Origin: Candidatus Eiseniibacteriota bacterium
Lineage (GTDB): Bacteria; Eisenbacteria; RBG-16-71-46; DASYSL01
NCBI GenBank assembly: GCA_031431875.1
Contig: JANPEF010000058.1
Span: 1 to 40,582 of the forward strand
Length of the DNA: 40,582 nt
Direction of reading: 5' to 3'
Under the pieces are notes generated by a model. It searched no databases. It had not been told where the DNA came from and saw only the letters and a program-made list of their open reading frames with translations. Position 1 is the stretch's first letter; each line of letters begins with the position of its first letter. A program made the translations under genes and the position numbers. Positions 7,852 through 17,290 of the stretch are shown piece by piece.

Positions 7852-10800
7852 ATGGATCACCCCGATTTCGTTCACCTCCACGGCCACTCCGATTACAGCT
7901 TGCTCGACGGCGCGTGTCGCATCGACGACATGGTCCAGCGTGCGGCCGAGTACGGCATGCCCGCGCTCGCACTGACCGATCACGGCAACCTGTTCGGCGC
8001 GGTCGAGTTCATCGAGAAGGCGAAGAAGGCCGGCATCAAGCCGATCGTCGGGATGGAGGCGTACGTCGCCCCCGGCCCGCGGCAGGAGCGCGAGCGCGGC
8101 GACGGCAACTTCCACATGATCCTGCTCGCCACCAATGAGACCGGGTACAAGAACCTGATCCGGCTCACCTCGACCGCGTACACCGAGGGCTTCTATTACA
8201 AGCCGCGGGTCGACCGCGAGGTCCTGGCCGAGCATCACGAGGGGCTGATCGCGCTCACCGCATGCCTCAAGGGCGAGGTGAACCAAGCCCTGCTGAAGGA
8301 GCAGATCGAGGGGGCCGCCGAGACCGCGCGCTTCTACGACGAGCTGTTCGGGCGCGGCAACTTCTTCCTCGAGGTGCAGGATCACGGCATTCCCGACCAG
8401 CTCACCGTCGGCAAGCGCATGATCGAACTGGCGAAGGCGACGGACATCCCGCTGGTCGTGACCAACGACTTCCACTACCTGAACCCCGCGGACGCCGAGC
8501 CGCACGACGTGCTGCTCGCGCTCGGGCATGGCAAGACGCTCGATGATCCGCGCCGCCTGCGCTACCGCTCGGACCAGATGTTCTTCAAGTCGCAGGAGGA
8601 GATGTGGCGCGTCTTCGGCGCCGACCTGCCGCAGGCCCTGACGAACACGCGCGCCATCGCCGATCGCTGCCACCTCGAACTCGACGACACGCACAAGCTG
8701 CCGGTGTTCCCGCTGCCCGATGGCGTCGAGTCGGCCGAGCGCTTCCTCGCCGAGCTGGCGCACGCGGGGCTGCGCGAGCGCTTCCCGGCGCCCACCGGCG
8801 AGCAGCTCGACCGGCTCAATTACGAGCTGGGCGTCATCGATCGGGCGGGCTTCTCCTCGTACTTCCTGATCGTCCGCGACTTCATCCACTTCGCCCGCTC
8901 GCAGGGAATCGGCGTGGGCCCGGGCCGCGGTTCGGTCGCCGGTTCCCTCGTGGCCTACGCGCTGCGCATCACCGACATCGACCCGTTGCGCTACAAGCTG
9001 ATCTTCGAGCGCTTCCTCAACCCCGAGCGCATCTCGATGCCCGACATCGATCTCGACTTCGAGGACGCCCGTCGCGGCGAGGTCATCGACTACGTGCGCA
9101 CCAAGTACGGTGCCGCGTCGGTGACGCAGATCATCACCTTCGGGCGCATGAAGGCCCGCGCGGTGATCAAGGACGTGGCGCGCGTGCTGGGCATGCCGTT
9201 CTCCGAGGGCGATCGCATCTCGAAGCTCGTGCCCGAGCGCTTGGGGATCACGCTCGACGACGCGCTCAAGGAGGTGCCCGACCTCGCGGCGCTGGCGAAG
9301 CGCGATGACGAGTACGGCAAGCTCTTGCGCTGCGCGAAGGGCCTCGAGGGCATGGCGCGCCACGCCTCGGTGCACGCCGCGGGCGTGCTGATCGCGCCGG
9401 GGCCGCTGGTCGAGCACGTGCCGCTGTACCGCTCGAACAAGGACGAAATCACGACCCAGTGGGACATGCGGGCGTGCGAGAAGGCCGGTCTCCTCAAGAT
9501 GGACTTCCTCGGCCTGCGCACGATGACCGTGCTCGACGAGACCGCGCGCCTGGTGCGCCGGCACGAGGGACGGGAGGTCGACGTCACGAGCGTGCCGCTG
9601 GACGATCCCGCAACCTTCGCCATGCTCGGCCGCGGCCTCACCGTCGCGGTCTTCCAGCTCGAGTCCTCGGGCATGCGTGACACGCTGCGCAACCTGCAAC
9701 CGCAGCGCTTCGACGACATCACCGCCGTCGTGGCCCTGTACCGGCCCGGCCCGATGGAGAACATCGGCGAGTTCATCGAGCGCCGGCATGGCCGGCGCAG
9801 GATCGACTACGAGATTCCGGCGCTGGCCGAGATCCTCGATGAGACCTACGGCATCATCATCTACCAGGAACAGGTGATGCAGATCGCCAACCGGATCGCG
9901 GGCTTCTCGATGGCCCGCGCCGACGTGTTGCGCAAGGCGATGGGCAAGAAGGATCCCGTGCTGCTGGCCGCCCAGGAGGCGGACTTCGTCGGGGGTGCGA
10001 AGGCCAACGGCATCGCCCCCGCGAAGGCGAAGGCGCTGTTCAAGCTGGTCGAGAAGTTCGCCGGCTACGGCTTCAACAAGTCGCACGCCGCGGCGTACGC
10101 CATGCTCGCCTACCAGACCGCGTACCTGCGGGCGCACCACCCGATCGCGTTCATGGCGGCGAACCTGTCGAGCGAGATCGGCGACTCCGACCGCGTCGCC
10201 GTGTTGATCGACGAGGCCCGGCGCATGGGGATCCCGATCCTGCCGCCGTCGATCCGCCACTCGGCATGGCGCTTCGACCTGGCCGAGGGCGGCATCCGGT
10301 TCGGGCTGGGCGCGGTCAAGAACCTGGGCGAGAATGCGGTGAAGAGCCTGGTGACGACGCGCGAGGCGGGAGGACCGTTCACCGACCTCTTCGACTTCGC
10401 CGGTCGCGTGCCCGGTCGCGCTCTCAATCGACGCATGCTCGAGAGCCTGGTGCAGGCCGGGGGCTGCGACGAGTTCGGCGCCGAACGGGCCCGGCTCTTC
10501 GCCGCCGTGCCGCTGGCGCTCGAGTGGGGGGCGCGGCGCCAGGACGAGGCGGCGCGCGGACAGGCGTCGCTGTTCGGCGGCGGCGGGCACGAGTCGGCGG
10601 TGAACGCCCCGCCGCTGCCCGACCTGGCGCCGTGGAGTGACCTCGATCGCGCGGCGAAGGAGAAGGAGGTGCTCGGGTTCTATGTCTCGGGCCATCCGCT
10701 CGATGGGCTCAAGGAGGACGTCGCGCGCCTGGCCACGGGAACGATGGCCCACTTCGGCGCGCAGGCCGCCGGCACACCGGTGCGCGCGGTCGGCCTGGTC

Positions 10801-11277
10801 GCCGCGCTCAAGCGCACGCTGACGAAGAAGGGGGACCCGATGGCGTTCGGCACGCTCGAGGACCGCACCGGTTCGATCGAGGTGCTGCTGTTCCCCGAAG
10901 CCTACGCGACGTGGGGCAAGCACCTCGTCGACGAAGCGATTGTCTGGGTGAAGGGGCAGATCTCCGCCCGCGACGGCGAGAGCCCGAAGATCGTGGCCGA
11001 GGAAGTGCGCCCGTTCACCGAGGTGCGCCAGCGCTCGCTCGGCTTCTACGTGACCCTGCCCGGCCCCGAGGTCGAGGCCGGATTGCGCGATCGCCTCGAC
11101 GCCGTGTTCTCGTCGCGCAGCGGGCCGCTGCCCGTGTTCGTCGAACTGACCGAGCCGGACGGCACGACGCTGGTGCTGCGCTCCGGCCGCTACCGGGTCG
11201 CCTGGGATCCCGCGCTGCTCGCCGCCTGCGATGCAGTCGTCGGACCGGGGCGGTCCCGCTTCGGAGCCCGACTCTGA
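7852..11277 (+). CDS. dnaE: DNA polymerase III subunit alpha
   Basis: PHP domain FVHLHGHSDYSLLDG, then GPGRGSVAGSLVAY, the catalytic SMPDIDLDF, LKMDFLGL, GYGFNKSHA, the clamp-binding motif QASLF and a C-terminal OB fold. 1141 aa, no intein. Confidence 0.98.
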   Translation: MDHPDFVHLHGHSDYSLLDGACRIDDMVQRAAEYGMPALALTDHGNLFGAVEFIEKAKKAGIKPIVGMEAYVAPGPRQERERGDGNFHMILLATNETGYKNLIRLTSTAYTEGFYYKPRVDREVLAEHHEGLIALTACLKGEVNQALLKEQIEGAAETARFYDELFGRGNFFLEVQDHGIPDQLTVGKRMIELAKATDIPLVVTNDFHYLNPADAEPHDVLLALGHGKTLDDPRRLRYRSDQMFFKSQEEMWRVFGADLPQALTNTRAIADRCHLELDDTHKLPVFPLPDGVESAERFLAELAHAGLRERFPAPTGEQLDRLNYELGVIDRAGFSSYFLIVRDFIHFARSQGIGVGPGRGSVAGSLVAYALRITDIDPLRYKLIFERFLNPERISMPDIDLDFEDARRGEVIDYVRTKYGAASVTQIITFGRMKARAVIKDVARVLGMPFSEGDRISKLVPERLGITLDDALKEVPDLAALAKRDDEYGKLLRCAKGLEGMARHASVHAAGVLIAPGPLVEHVPLYRSNKDEITTQWDMRACEKAGLLKMDFLGLRTMTVLDETARLVRRHEGREVDVTSVPLDDPATFAMLGRGLTVAVFQLESSGMRDTLRNLQPQRFDDITAVVALYRPGPMENIGEFIERRHGRRRIDYEIPALAEILDETYGIIIYQEQVMQIANRIAGFSMARADVLRKAMGKKDPVLLAAQEADFVGGAKANGIAPAKAKALFKLVEKFAGYGFNKSHAAAYAMLAYQTAYLRAHHPIAFMAANLSSEIGDSDRVAVLIDEARRMGIPILPPSIRHSAWRFDLAEGGIRFGLGAVKNLGENAVKSLVTTREAGGPFTDLFDFAGRVPGRALNRRMLESLVQAGGCDEFGAERARLFAAVPLALEWGARRQDEAARGQASLFGGGGHESAVNAPPLPDLAPWSDLDRAAKEKEVLGFYVSGHPLDGLKEDVARLATGTMAHFGAQAAGTPVRAVGLVAALKRTLTKKGDPMAFGTLEDRTGSIEVLLFPEAYATWGKHLVDEAIVWVKGQISARDGESPKIVAEEVRPFTEVRQRSLGFYVTLPGPEVEAGLRDRLDAVFSSRSGPLPVFVELTEPDGTTLVLRSGRYRVAWDPALLAACDAVVGPGRSRFGARL

Positions 11278-12425
11278 TGGCCACACGCGCCGCCCGTTCC
11301 GTCCGCAGCACGAGCACGCCCGCCGGTGCCGCACCCGAGGTCGCACCCGAGGTCGCACCCGTTGTCGAGGCCGCCACCGTCGCTCCGCCCGATGCGCCGC
11401 CCGCGGCTGCTTCCCCGCCGGCGAAGCCGCGCCCGCGCGTCAAGAAGGACGTGCTGCCCGGCGGGCCGTGGCTCGATTTCGAGAAGCCGATCGTGGAGCT
11501 CGAACTGAAGATCGCCGAGTTGCGTGCGCAGGCGTCCGAGTCGGGCGTCTCGCTCGACCGCGAACTGGCGAGCCTCAGCGACAAGTCCGAGAAGGCGCGG
11601 CACAAGGTCTACGACAACCTGACGCGCTACCAGCGCGTGCAGCTTGCCCGGCATCCGCGCCGGCCGTACCTGCTCGACTACGTGCAGCGCATGACGACCG
11701 AGTTCATCGAGCTCCACGGCGATCGCGGCTTCGCCGACGATCGCGCCATCGTCGCCGGCCTGGCTCGCTTCGGCGAGCGGCCGATCGCGATCGTGGGTAC
11801 GCAGAAGGGCCGCGACACGAAGGAAAACCTGCTGCGCCGGTTCGGCATGGCCAACCCCGAAGGCTACCGCAAGGCGCTGCGCGTCATGCAACTGGCGAGC
11901 AATTTCGGGATGCCCCTCCTGTCCCTCGTCGACACGGCGGGGGCCTACCCGGGGATCGGCGCCGAGGAGCGCGGGCAGGCCGAGGCGATCGCCCGCAACC
12001 TGCGCGAGATGGTGCGCCTCGAGGTGCCCTTCATCTCGGTGATCACGGGCGAGGGCGGCTCGGGCGGCGCGCTCGCCCTGGCCATGGGCGACGTCGTGCT
12101 CATGTTCGAGAACTCGATCTACTCGGTGATCTCGCCCGAGGGCTGCGCCTCGATCCTGTGGCGCGATCGCTCGCGCAGCCAGCAAGCGGCCGACGCCCTG
12201 CGGCTCACCGCCCAGGACTGCCTCCAGCTGGGCGTCATCGACGAGATTCTCCCCGAGCCGGTGGGGGGCGCCCATCGCAATCCCGATGCCGCCGCCGAGA
12301 CGCTGGCCCGGGCGGTCGCCCGCCACCTGGAGCGACTCATCGCCCTGTCGAGCTCGGAACGCGTGGCCCGTCGGAGGGACAAGTTCCGCGCCATGGGTTC
12401 CTTCCGCACGGTCGCGGCATCTTGA
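11277..12425 (+). CDS. accA: Acetyl-CoA carboxylase carboxyltransferase subunit alpha
   Basis: Motifs [63 protein letters not shown] and [14 protein letters not shown]. Overlaps the dnaE stop as TGATG; dnaE-accA adjacency is common. Confidence 0.97.
   Translation: MATRAARSVRSTSTPAGAAPEVAPEVAPVVEAATVAPPDAPPAAASPPAKPRPRVKKDVLPGGPWLDFEKPIVELELKIAELRAQASESGVSLDRELASLSDKSEKARHKVYDNLTRYQRVQLARHPRRPYLLDYVQRMTTEFIELHGDRGFADDRAIVAGLARFGERPIAIVGTQKGRDTKENLLRRFGMANPEGYRKALRVMQLASNFGMPLLSLVDTAGAYPGIGAEERGQAEAIARNLREMVRLEVPFISVITGEGGSGGALALAMGDVVLMFENSIYSVISPEGCASILWRDRSRSQQAADALRLTAQDCLQLGVIDEILPEPVGGAHRNPDAAAETLARAVARHLERLIALSSSERVARRRDKFRAMGSFRTVAAS
11331..11366 (+). repeat. 12-bp in-frame tandem repeat in the AccA N-terminal extension
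   Basis: GCACCCGAGGTC x2 plus GCACCCGTTGTC, encoding [12 protein letters not shown]. Confidence 0.7.
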
Positions 12426-12449
12426 CCTTTCCGCGCCGGGTGCTAGAGT
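12422..12449 (+). promoter_or_regulatory. sigma70-type promoter upstream of the Trm112/PorU cluster
   Basis: TTGACC (overlapping the accA stop)-16 bp-TAGAGT, with an extended -10 TG at 12441-12442. Confidence 0.55.
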
Positions 12450-12597
12450 TGGAGACGACGAATCGCTCCGCCCTCGTGGAGACGACGCTTTCGATCCGAT
12501 TCGCGACCCTCGCATCGCCCTCATCCGTCGCATGCACCGGGACGCGCCGTTGGCGCGCCCCACGACCCCGGCGCTTCGTGCGCCGTCCGAGGACCCC

Positions 12598-12768
12598 ATG
12601 GCGTTGAGCGAGGAACTGCTGTCCATCCTGGTCTGCCCGCAGTGCCGCGGCGACCTGAGCTACGATCGCGACGCGAGCCACCTGACCTGCCCGGCCTGCA
12701 AGCTGCGCTACCGGGTGGTCGACGACATTCCGGTGATGCTTGTCGACCAGGCCGAAAAGCTGGCGTGA
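12598..12768 (+). CDS. Trm112/YcaR-family small zinc-ribbon protein
   Basis: [20 protein letters not shown]...[24 protein letters not shown], 56 aa, with a GAGG RBS. Confidence 0.9.
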   Translation: MALSEELLSILVCPQCRGDLSYDRDASHLTCPACKLRYRVVDDIPVMLVDQAEKLA

Positions 12769-12775
12769 GGCACGC

Positions 12776-15700
12776 ATGATCGCGACGTCCCACCGCACGC
12801 CCGGGGCGGGCAACGCACGCGCCCGCGTCGGACCCGCCGTTGCGGCGTTCCTGGCTTCGCTGCTCGCGCTCGCCCTCGCCCTCGTCGTTCCCGTTCGGGC
12901 GCAGGTCGCCCTCAGGTCCGCGGCGGCGCCGCTCGGCGCGCGCCTGATCGCCTCCGATGCGACGGGTGTCACTCTCGAAGTCGACGTTCCACAGCCACAG
13001 CTCATCCCCGTCGAGGCGCCGAACGGGCGCTGGCAGCGTCTCGAGCTCGACGGTTACGGCTCCGATGCGCGGGTCGGCGCACCGCTCCTGCCCGCGGCGT
13101 CGCTGTGGCTCGCGACGCCCGAGGGCGCGACGGTCAGCGTGGTCGCCAGCGGCGAGGGCGAGCGCGTGTACGAAGGCGTACGGCTTCTGCCGCAACAGGA
13201 GTTGCCGCGGTCCGCGGCCGGCCGCGATGCGGTCGCGCCGCCGGCCGCCGTCGAGGCGGCGGGCCGCCTGGGCCGCGACCTGGTCGAGGATCCCGCGGTC
13301 TATGCCCGCGCCGGCAGTTCCTCCGCTGTCGCGACGCTCGGGGGCATCGCCCACCTGCGGGCCCAGCGCGTGGCGCGGGTGACCTTGCGCCCTGCGGCGT
13401 ACGACGCGGCGGCCGGTCGACTGCGCGTGTGGTCGCGCCTGCGCGTGCGCGTCGATTTCGGCGGAGCCGCCCTTCCGGGCCCGCTCGCGGGGCTCGCGGC
13501 GCTCGGGAGTGCGGCGCCTCCGACGGCGGATGCCTTCGAGTCGATCTATGCCGCCACCTTGCTCAACTATGAGAGCGGAAAAGCGTGGCGCCGCGACCTG
13601 CAGGCGGGGAGCCTGCGCCGCCTCGGCCTCACGCCGAACGCCGCGCCGGCCAAGCCCGGCGGGACCCCTGGGTTGCTCGGTGGTGCGCGCCAGGACTTCA
13701 GCGCGTCCGCCAACTGGGTACGGATCGCGGTGCCGACCAAGGGAGTGTATCGCCTCGACGCGGCCGATCTTGCGCTCGCCGGGGCGAACCTCTCCACGCT
13801 CGACCCGCGCACGATTCGCCTGTTCGTCAAGCCCGGGCTCCCCGTGCTCGACGAGAGGGCGGCGCCCTCGGGCTGGCTCTCGGAGGTGGCCATCGACGTC
13901 GTGGGCGAGGCTGACGGACGGCTCGATCCCACCGACTACGTCGTGTTCCTCGGGCTCGGCGCCTCGGGTTGGCGCGACGACTATGGCGTGCCCGGGTCGG
14001 CCGACGGCTGGCTCAATCATCCGTACGAGCCGAAGAACGTCTACTGGCTCACGTGGGATGCGGCGTTCGTCGATCCCCCGCATCGCTGGACCTCGCGCGC
14101 AGGCGCTCCCGAGATGGCCGGCGCCTTCGAGACGCCCGACTTCCCGGCCCGCCAGCACTTCGAGAACGATTTCTTCTACGTGCCCGACCTGCAGGAGGGC
14201 GGGCTCTACCACGCCTATGTCGGCACGTTCTGGGAGAAGTGGGCGTGGCTCAAGATCAACGACGGCTCGGGCACGGTCCAGCTCACGGCCAACACGCCCG
14301 GCGCCGTGGCCACCCGCCCGGCCCGGCTGCGCGCCCGATTGTGGGGCAACTCGCGCGAGTTGTTCGGCGGCTTCGCGGATCACTACCTGAACGTGAGCTT
14401 CAACAACGTCGTCTTCGGCGAGCGGGCGTTCTACGGGCTCAACCGCCAGGACTACGACACGACCTTCGTCGGACTGGCCGAGACGAACAACCGCTTCTCC
14501 GTGTTCTGCCGCGACGTCGATCCCAATCCGAACAGCCCGCGCCGCGACGAGGTTGCGCTTTTCTGGTACGAACTCGATTTCGCGAAGCGCCTGCGGCCGA
14601 CCAACAACCAGCTCGAGTTCCGGAGCCCCGACACGACGGGCGCGGTCGGCTACGGCCTGGGGCCATTCTCGCAGACCGCGGGCTTCGGCCTGCTCGACAC
14701 GTCGGATCCGCTCGCCCCGCAGCGCATCACCGGCTACGTCGAGCGCGATACGACCGGCGGCAAGGCGGTCTATTTCCACGACGATGTCCCGGCGCGCCGC
14801 AGCTACCTCGCCTACACGGCCGCAAACCTGCGCCGCCCCGATGCGATTCAGCGCGTTGCGATCGACGACCTGGTTGCGCCGACGAACGGCGCCGACTACG
14901 TCGTGCTCACCTACGACGGCTTCAGCGACGCGGCGACGCGCCTGGCCCAGCACCGCGCGGGGAACCTGCCGAGCGTGCCGAACGCGCGTACGCGGGTGGT
15001 CAAGATCTCGGACGTCTACGCCTGGTACTCGGGCGGCCGCACCGACCCGGTGGCGATCCGCAACTTCGTCTACGACGCGGTGAAGAACGCGGGCTGGTCG
15101 CCGGCGCCCAGCTACCTGTGCCTGTTCGGTGACGCCTCGTACGACTTCAAGGACATCCTGCGCGAGGCCCAGCCCGGCCAGCCGCCGGCGCTGGTGCCGG
15201 GGTACGTCAATGGGTTCCAGACGCGGCAGTTCCTGACCGACGACTGGCTGGTCGATCTCGACCTCGGCGTCACCGAGCCGTATCCAGGCGATCCCGTGCC
15301 GGGCCTGCCCGACTCGGCGCTCTACGACCTGCCCGACCTGGTCGTCGGTCGCCTGCCCGTGGCCAATGCGACCGAGGCCGCCTTTCTCGTCGACCAGAAG
15401 ATCATTCCCTACGACTCGTCGCCGACCTGGGGCGAGTGGCGCAGCCGCGCGCTCCTGCTCGCCGACGACCTGACGCAGGGGGCTGATCCCGATCCGCTGT
15501 CGACCGAGCACCTGGAGGCGACCGAGACGATTTCGCGCGGCTTCCTGCCGGGCGCGGTCGAGCAGCGCAAGGTCTACATGCTGCGCTACCCGTTCGGCTC
15601 GGGCACGGAGAAGCCCGCCGTCAATCGCGATGTCAAGGCGACCGTGAACGAGGGCGTCCTGCTGTGGAACTACATCGGACACGGCAACCCGTTCAAGATG

Positions 15701-17146
15701 GCCGACGAGAACGCGTTCATCATCTCCGACGTGAGCACCCTGGTGAACCTCGACAAGCCGTGCTTCGTCATCGCTGCGTCGTGCGACCTGGGCAAGTTCG
15801 ACGACCCGATCACCACCGGGCTCGGCGAGTCGCTGCTCAAGTCGACCGCCGGCGGGGCGATTGCGGCGTTCTCGGCGTCGGACATCGCGTTCGCGTTCGC
15901 CAACAAGTCGCTCGCGCAGGAGCTCTTCCAGCGCATGTTCGACGAGTATCCGGATGGCTTCACCCGCCCGCTCGGCTCGGCGGTCCTGGCGGCCAAGCTG
16001 CGCCAGTACTCGCTGTCGGTGAACGACCTCAAGTACACCCTGATGGGCGACCCCGGCATGCGGCTGGCGATGCCGGACCACCAGGTGCGGATGGTGCTGT
16101 TCGACGACGAGACCGACGCGCCGCTCGACACCCTGCGCCGCGGCCGGCGGGTGCGCGTGGAGGGTGAGCTGCACTCCTTGCACGACCCGAACGTGAGCTC
16201 GTTGATGGGCACGTACAACGGGCAGGCCGCGATCCTCGTCACCGACTCCCCGCCGCGCGACACCGTGCAGGGCTCGTTCAGACCGGTGGGCTACACGTAC
16301 GATCCGGGGACGGTCTTCCGCGGGGACGTGCCGGTGCAGAACGGGAAGTTCGAGGCCGTCTTCATCATGCCGCTCGAGTCGATCCCGGGCCCGGGCGGCG
16401 CCGTGCGCGCCTACGTCAGCGGCGGGCCGAGCGACGGCGGGGGGGCGCTTCTCCGCGGCGTCGCTCCGGGGTCGCCGGCGGTGGTGGACACCATCGGGCC
16501 GACCATCGGACTGTCGTTCACCGGCGGCACGCTCGAGGTCCCGCCCGACGCGACACTGCGCGTCTTCGTGCGCGATGAGAACGGCGTGCTCCTCACCGGG
16601 CACACGCTGCCGAACGCGCTCTACCTGACGATCGACGGGGTGACGCGCTACGACCTGACGAAGGAGTTCCGCTACGAGTCCGGTTCCTACCAGCAGGGCA
16701 CCGTCGAGTTCGCGCTGCCGGGACTCGACCCCGGTCCTCACTCGATCGTCGTCTCCGCGGCGGACAACTACGCCCAGGGCCTGCTGGCGCGGCGCAATCG
16801 CTCGACGGCGTCGATCGACTTCGAGGTGATCGAGGGTGGCATGTTCACTCTCGGACGTGTCTACAACTTCCCGAATCCGTTCGCGCCCGAGCGCGGCACG
16901 ACCTTCGTGCTTGCCGGCCTGAACGAGGATGCCCGGGTCATGGTCAAGATCCACACCGTGAGTGGGGGGCTGGTGCGGGCCCTGTCCGCCGATGCCACTG
17001 CCGGCCAGACCCAGATTTTCTGGGACGGAACCGACGCCCAGGGGGATCGCCTGGCGAACGGCGCCTACATCTACCAGGTCGAGGCCCAGGGCACGATCAG
17101 CGGCACCGTGACCCGCTACCGCGGCCAGCTCGCCGTCCTCCGCTAG
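12776..17146 (+). CDS. porU: PorU-like type IX secretion sortase (peptidase C25, gingipain family) with its own CTD
   Basis: Signal peptide; NWVRIAVPTKGVYRL; C25 motifs ADYVVLT, YLCLFGDASYD, DLVVGRLPV, WNYIGHG (His), ASCDLGKFD (Cys) and YTLMGDP; D..GP.I..DENG Ig domain; C-terminal YNFPNPF...WDG.D..G..LANG.YIY. Lies directly upstream of a PorV-like gene. 1456 aa. Confidence 0.85.
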   Translation: MIATSHRTPGAGNARARVGPAVAAFLASLLALALALVVPVRAQVALRSAAAPLGARLIASDATGVTLEVDVPQPQLIPVEAPNGRWQRLELDGYGSDARVGAPLLPAASLWLATPEGATVSVVASGEGERVYEGVRLLPQQELPRSAAGRDAVAPPAAVEAAGRLGRDLVEDPAVYARAGSSSAVATLGGIAHLRAQRVARVTLRPAAYDAAAGRLRVWSRLRVRVDFGGAALPGPLAGLAALGSAAPPTADAFESIYAATLLNYESGKAWRRDLQAGSLRRLGLTPNAAPAKPGGTPGLLGGARQDFSASANWVRIAVPTKGVYRLDAADLALAGANLSTLDPRTIRLFVKPGLPVLDERAAPSGWLSEVAIDVVGEADGRLDPTDYVVFLGLGASGWRDDYGVPGSADGWLNHPYEPKNVYWLTWDAAFVDPPHRWTSRAGAPEMAGAFETPDFPARQHFENDFFYVPDLQEGGLYHAYVGTFWEKWAWLKINDGSGTVQLTANTPGAVATRPARLRARLWGNSRELFGGFADHYLNVSFNNVVFGERAFYGLNRQDYDTTFVGLAETNNRFSVFCRDVDPNPNSPRRDEVALFWYELDFAKRLRPTNNQLEFRSPDTTGAVGYGLGPFSQTAGFGLLDTSDPLAPQRITGYVERDTTGGKAVYFHDDVPARRSYLAYTAANLRRPDAIQRVAIDDLVAPTNGADYVVLTYDGFSDAATRLAQHRAGNLPSVPNARTRVVKISDVYAWYSGGRTDPVAIRNFVYDAVKNAGWSPAPSYLCLFGDASYDFKDILREAQPGQPPALVPGYVNGFQTRQFLTDDWLVDLDLGVTEPYPGDPVPGLPDSALYDLPDLVVGRLPVANATEAAFLVDQKIIPYDSSPTWGEWRSRALLLADDLTQGADPDPLSTEHLEATETISRGFLPGAVEQRKVYMLRYPFGSGTEKPAVNRDVKATVNEGVLLWNYIGHGNPFKMADENAFIISDVSTLVNLDKPCFVIAASCDLGKFDDPITTGLGESLLKSTAGGAIAAFSASDIAFAFANKSLAQELFQRMFDEYPDGFTRPLGSAVLAAKLRQYSLSVNDLKYTLMGDPGMRLAMPDHQVRMVLFDDETDAPLDTLRRGRRVRVEGELHSLHDPNVSSLMGTYNGQAAILVTDSPPRDTVQGSFRPVGYTYDPGTVFRGDVPVQNGKFEAVFIMPLESIPGPGGAVRAYVSGGPSDGGGALLRGVAPGSPAVVDTIGPTIGLSFTGGTLEVPPDATLRVFVRDENGVLLTGHTLPNALYLTIDGVTRYDLTKEFRYESGSYQQGTVEFALPGLDPGPHSIVVSAADNYAQGLLARRNRSTASIDFEVIEGGMFTLGRVYNFPNPFAPERGTTFVLAGLNEDARVMVKIHTVSGGLVRALSADATAGQTQIFWDGTDAQGDRLANGAYIYQVEAQGTISGTVTRYRGQLAVLR

Positions 17147-17198
17147 GCTCCCTCGGGGAACTCCTGTCCTGTCCACCAGTTGCAGGATGCAATGCGGC

Positions 17199-17228
17199 CC
17201 GGCCGGGTATTTTTTTCGACCCGGCCGG
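17199..17228. repeat. Perfect 10-bp inverted repeat between porU and porV
   Basis: CCGGCCGGGT-ATTTTTTTCG-ACCCGGCCGG. It overlaps a possible promoter, TCGACC (17216)-18 bp-TAGTAT (17240). Confidence 0.5.
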
Positions 17229-17290
17229 AACCTCCGGGGTAGTATGCCGTGTCGACGCCACTCACTGGATACCGTCCGGAGGCTAACGTA

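Noticed and set aside
10060..10100. Intein at the classic DnaE insertion site
   Set aside because: The sequence reads continuously FAGYGFNKSHA, and the protein length is normal.
7732..11358. 1208-aa minus-strand ORF and the many other Arg/Ala/Pro-rich overlapping ORFs in the track
   Set aside because: These are shadows or off-frame readings of well-supported genes (here dnaE), as expected at this GC content.
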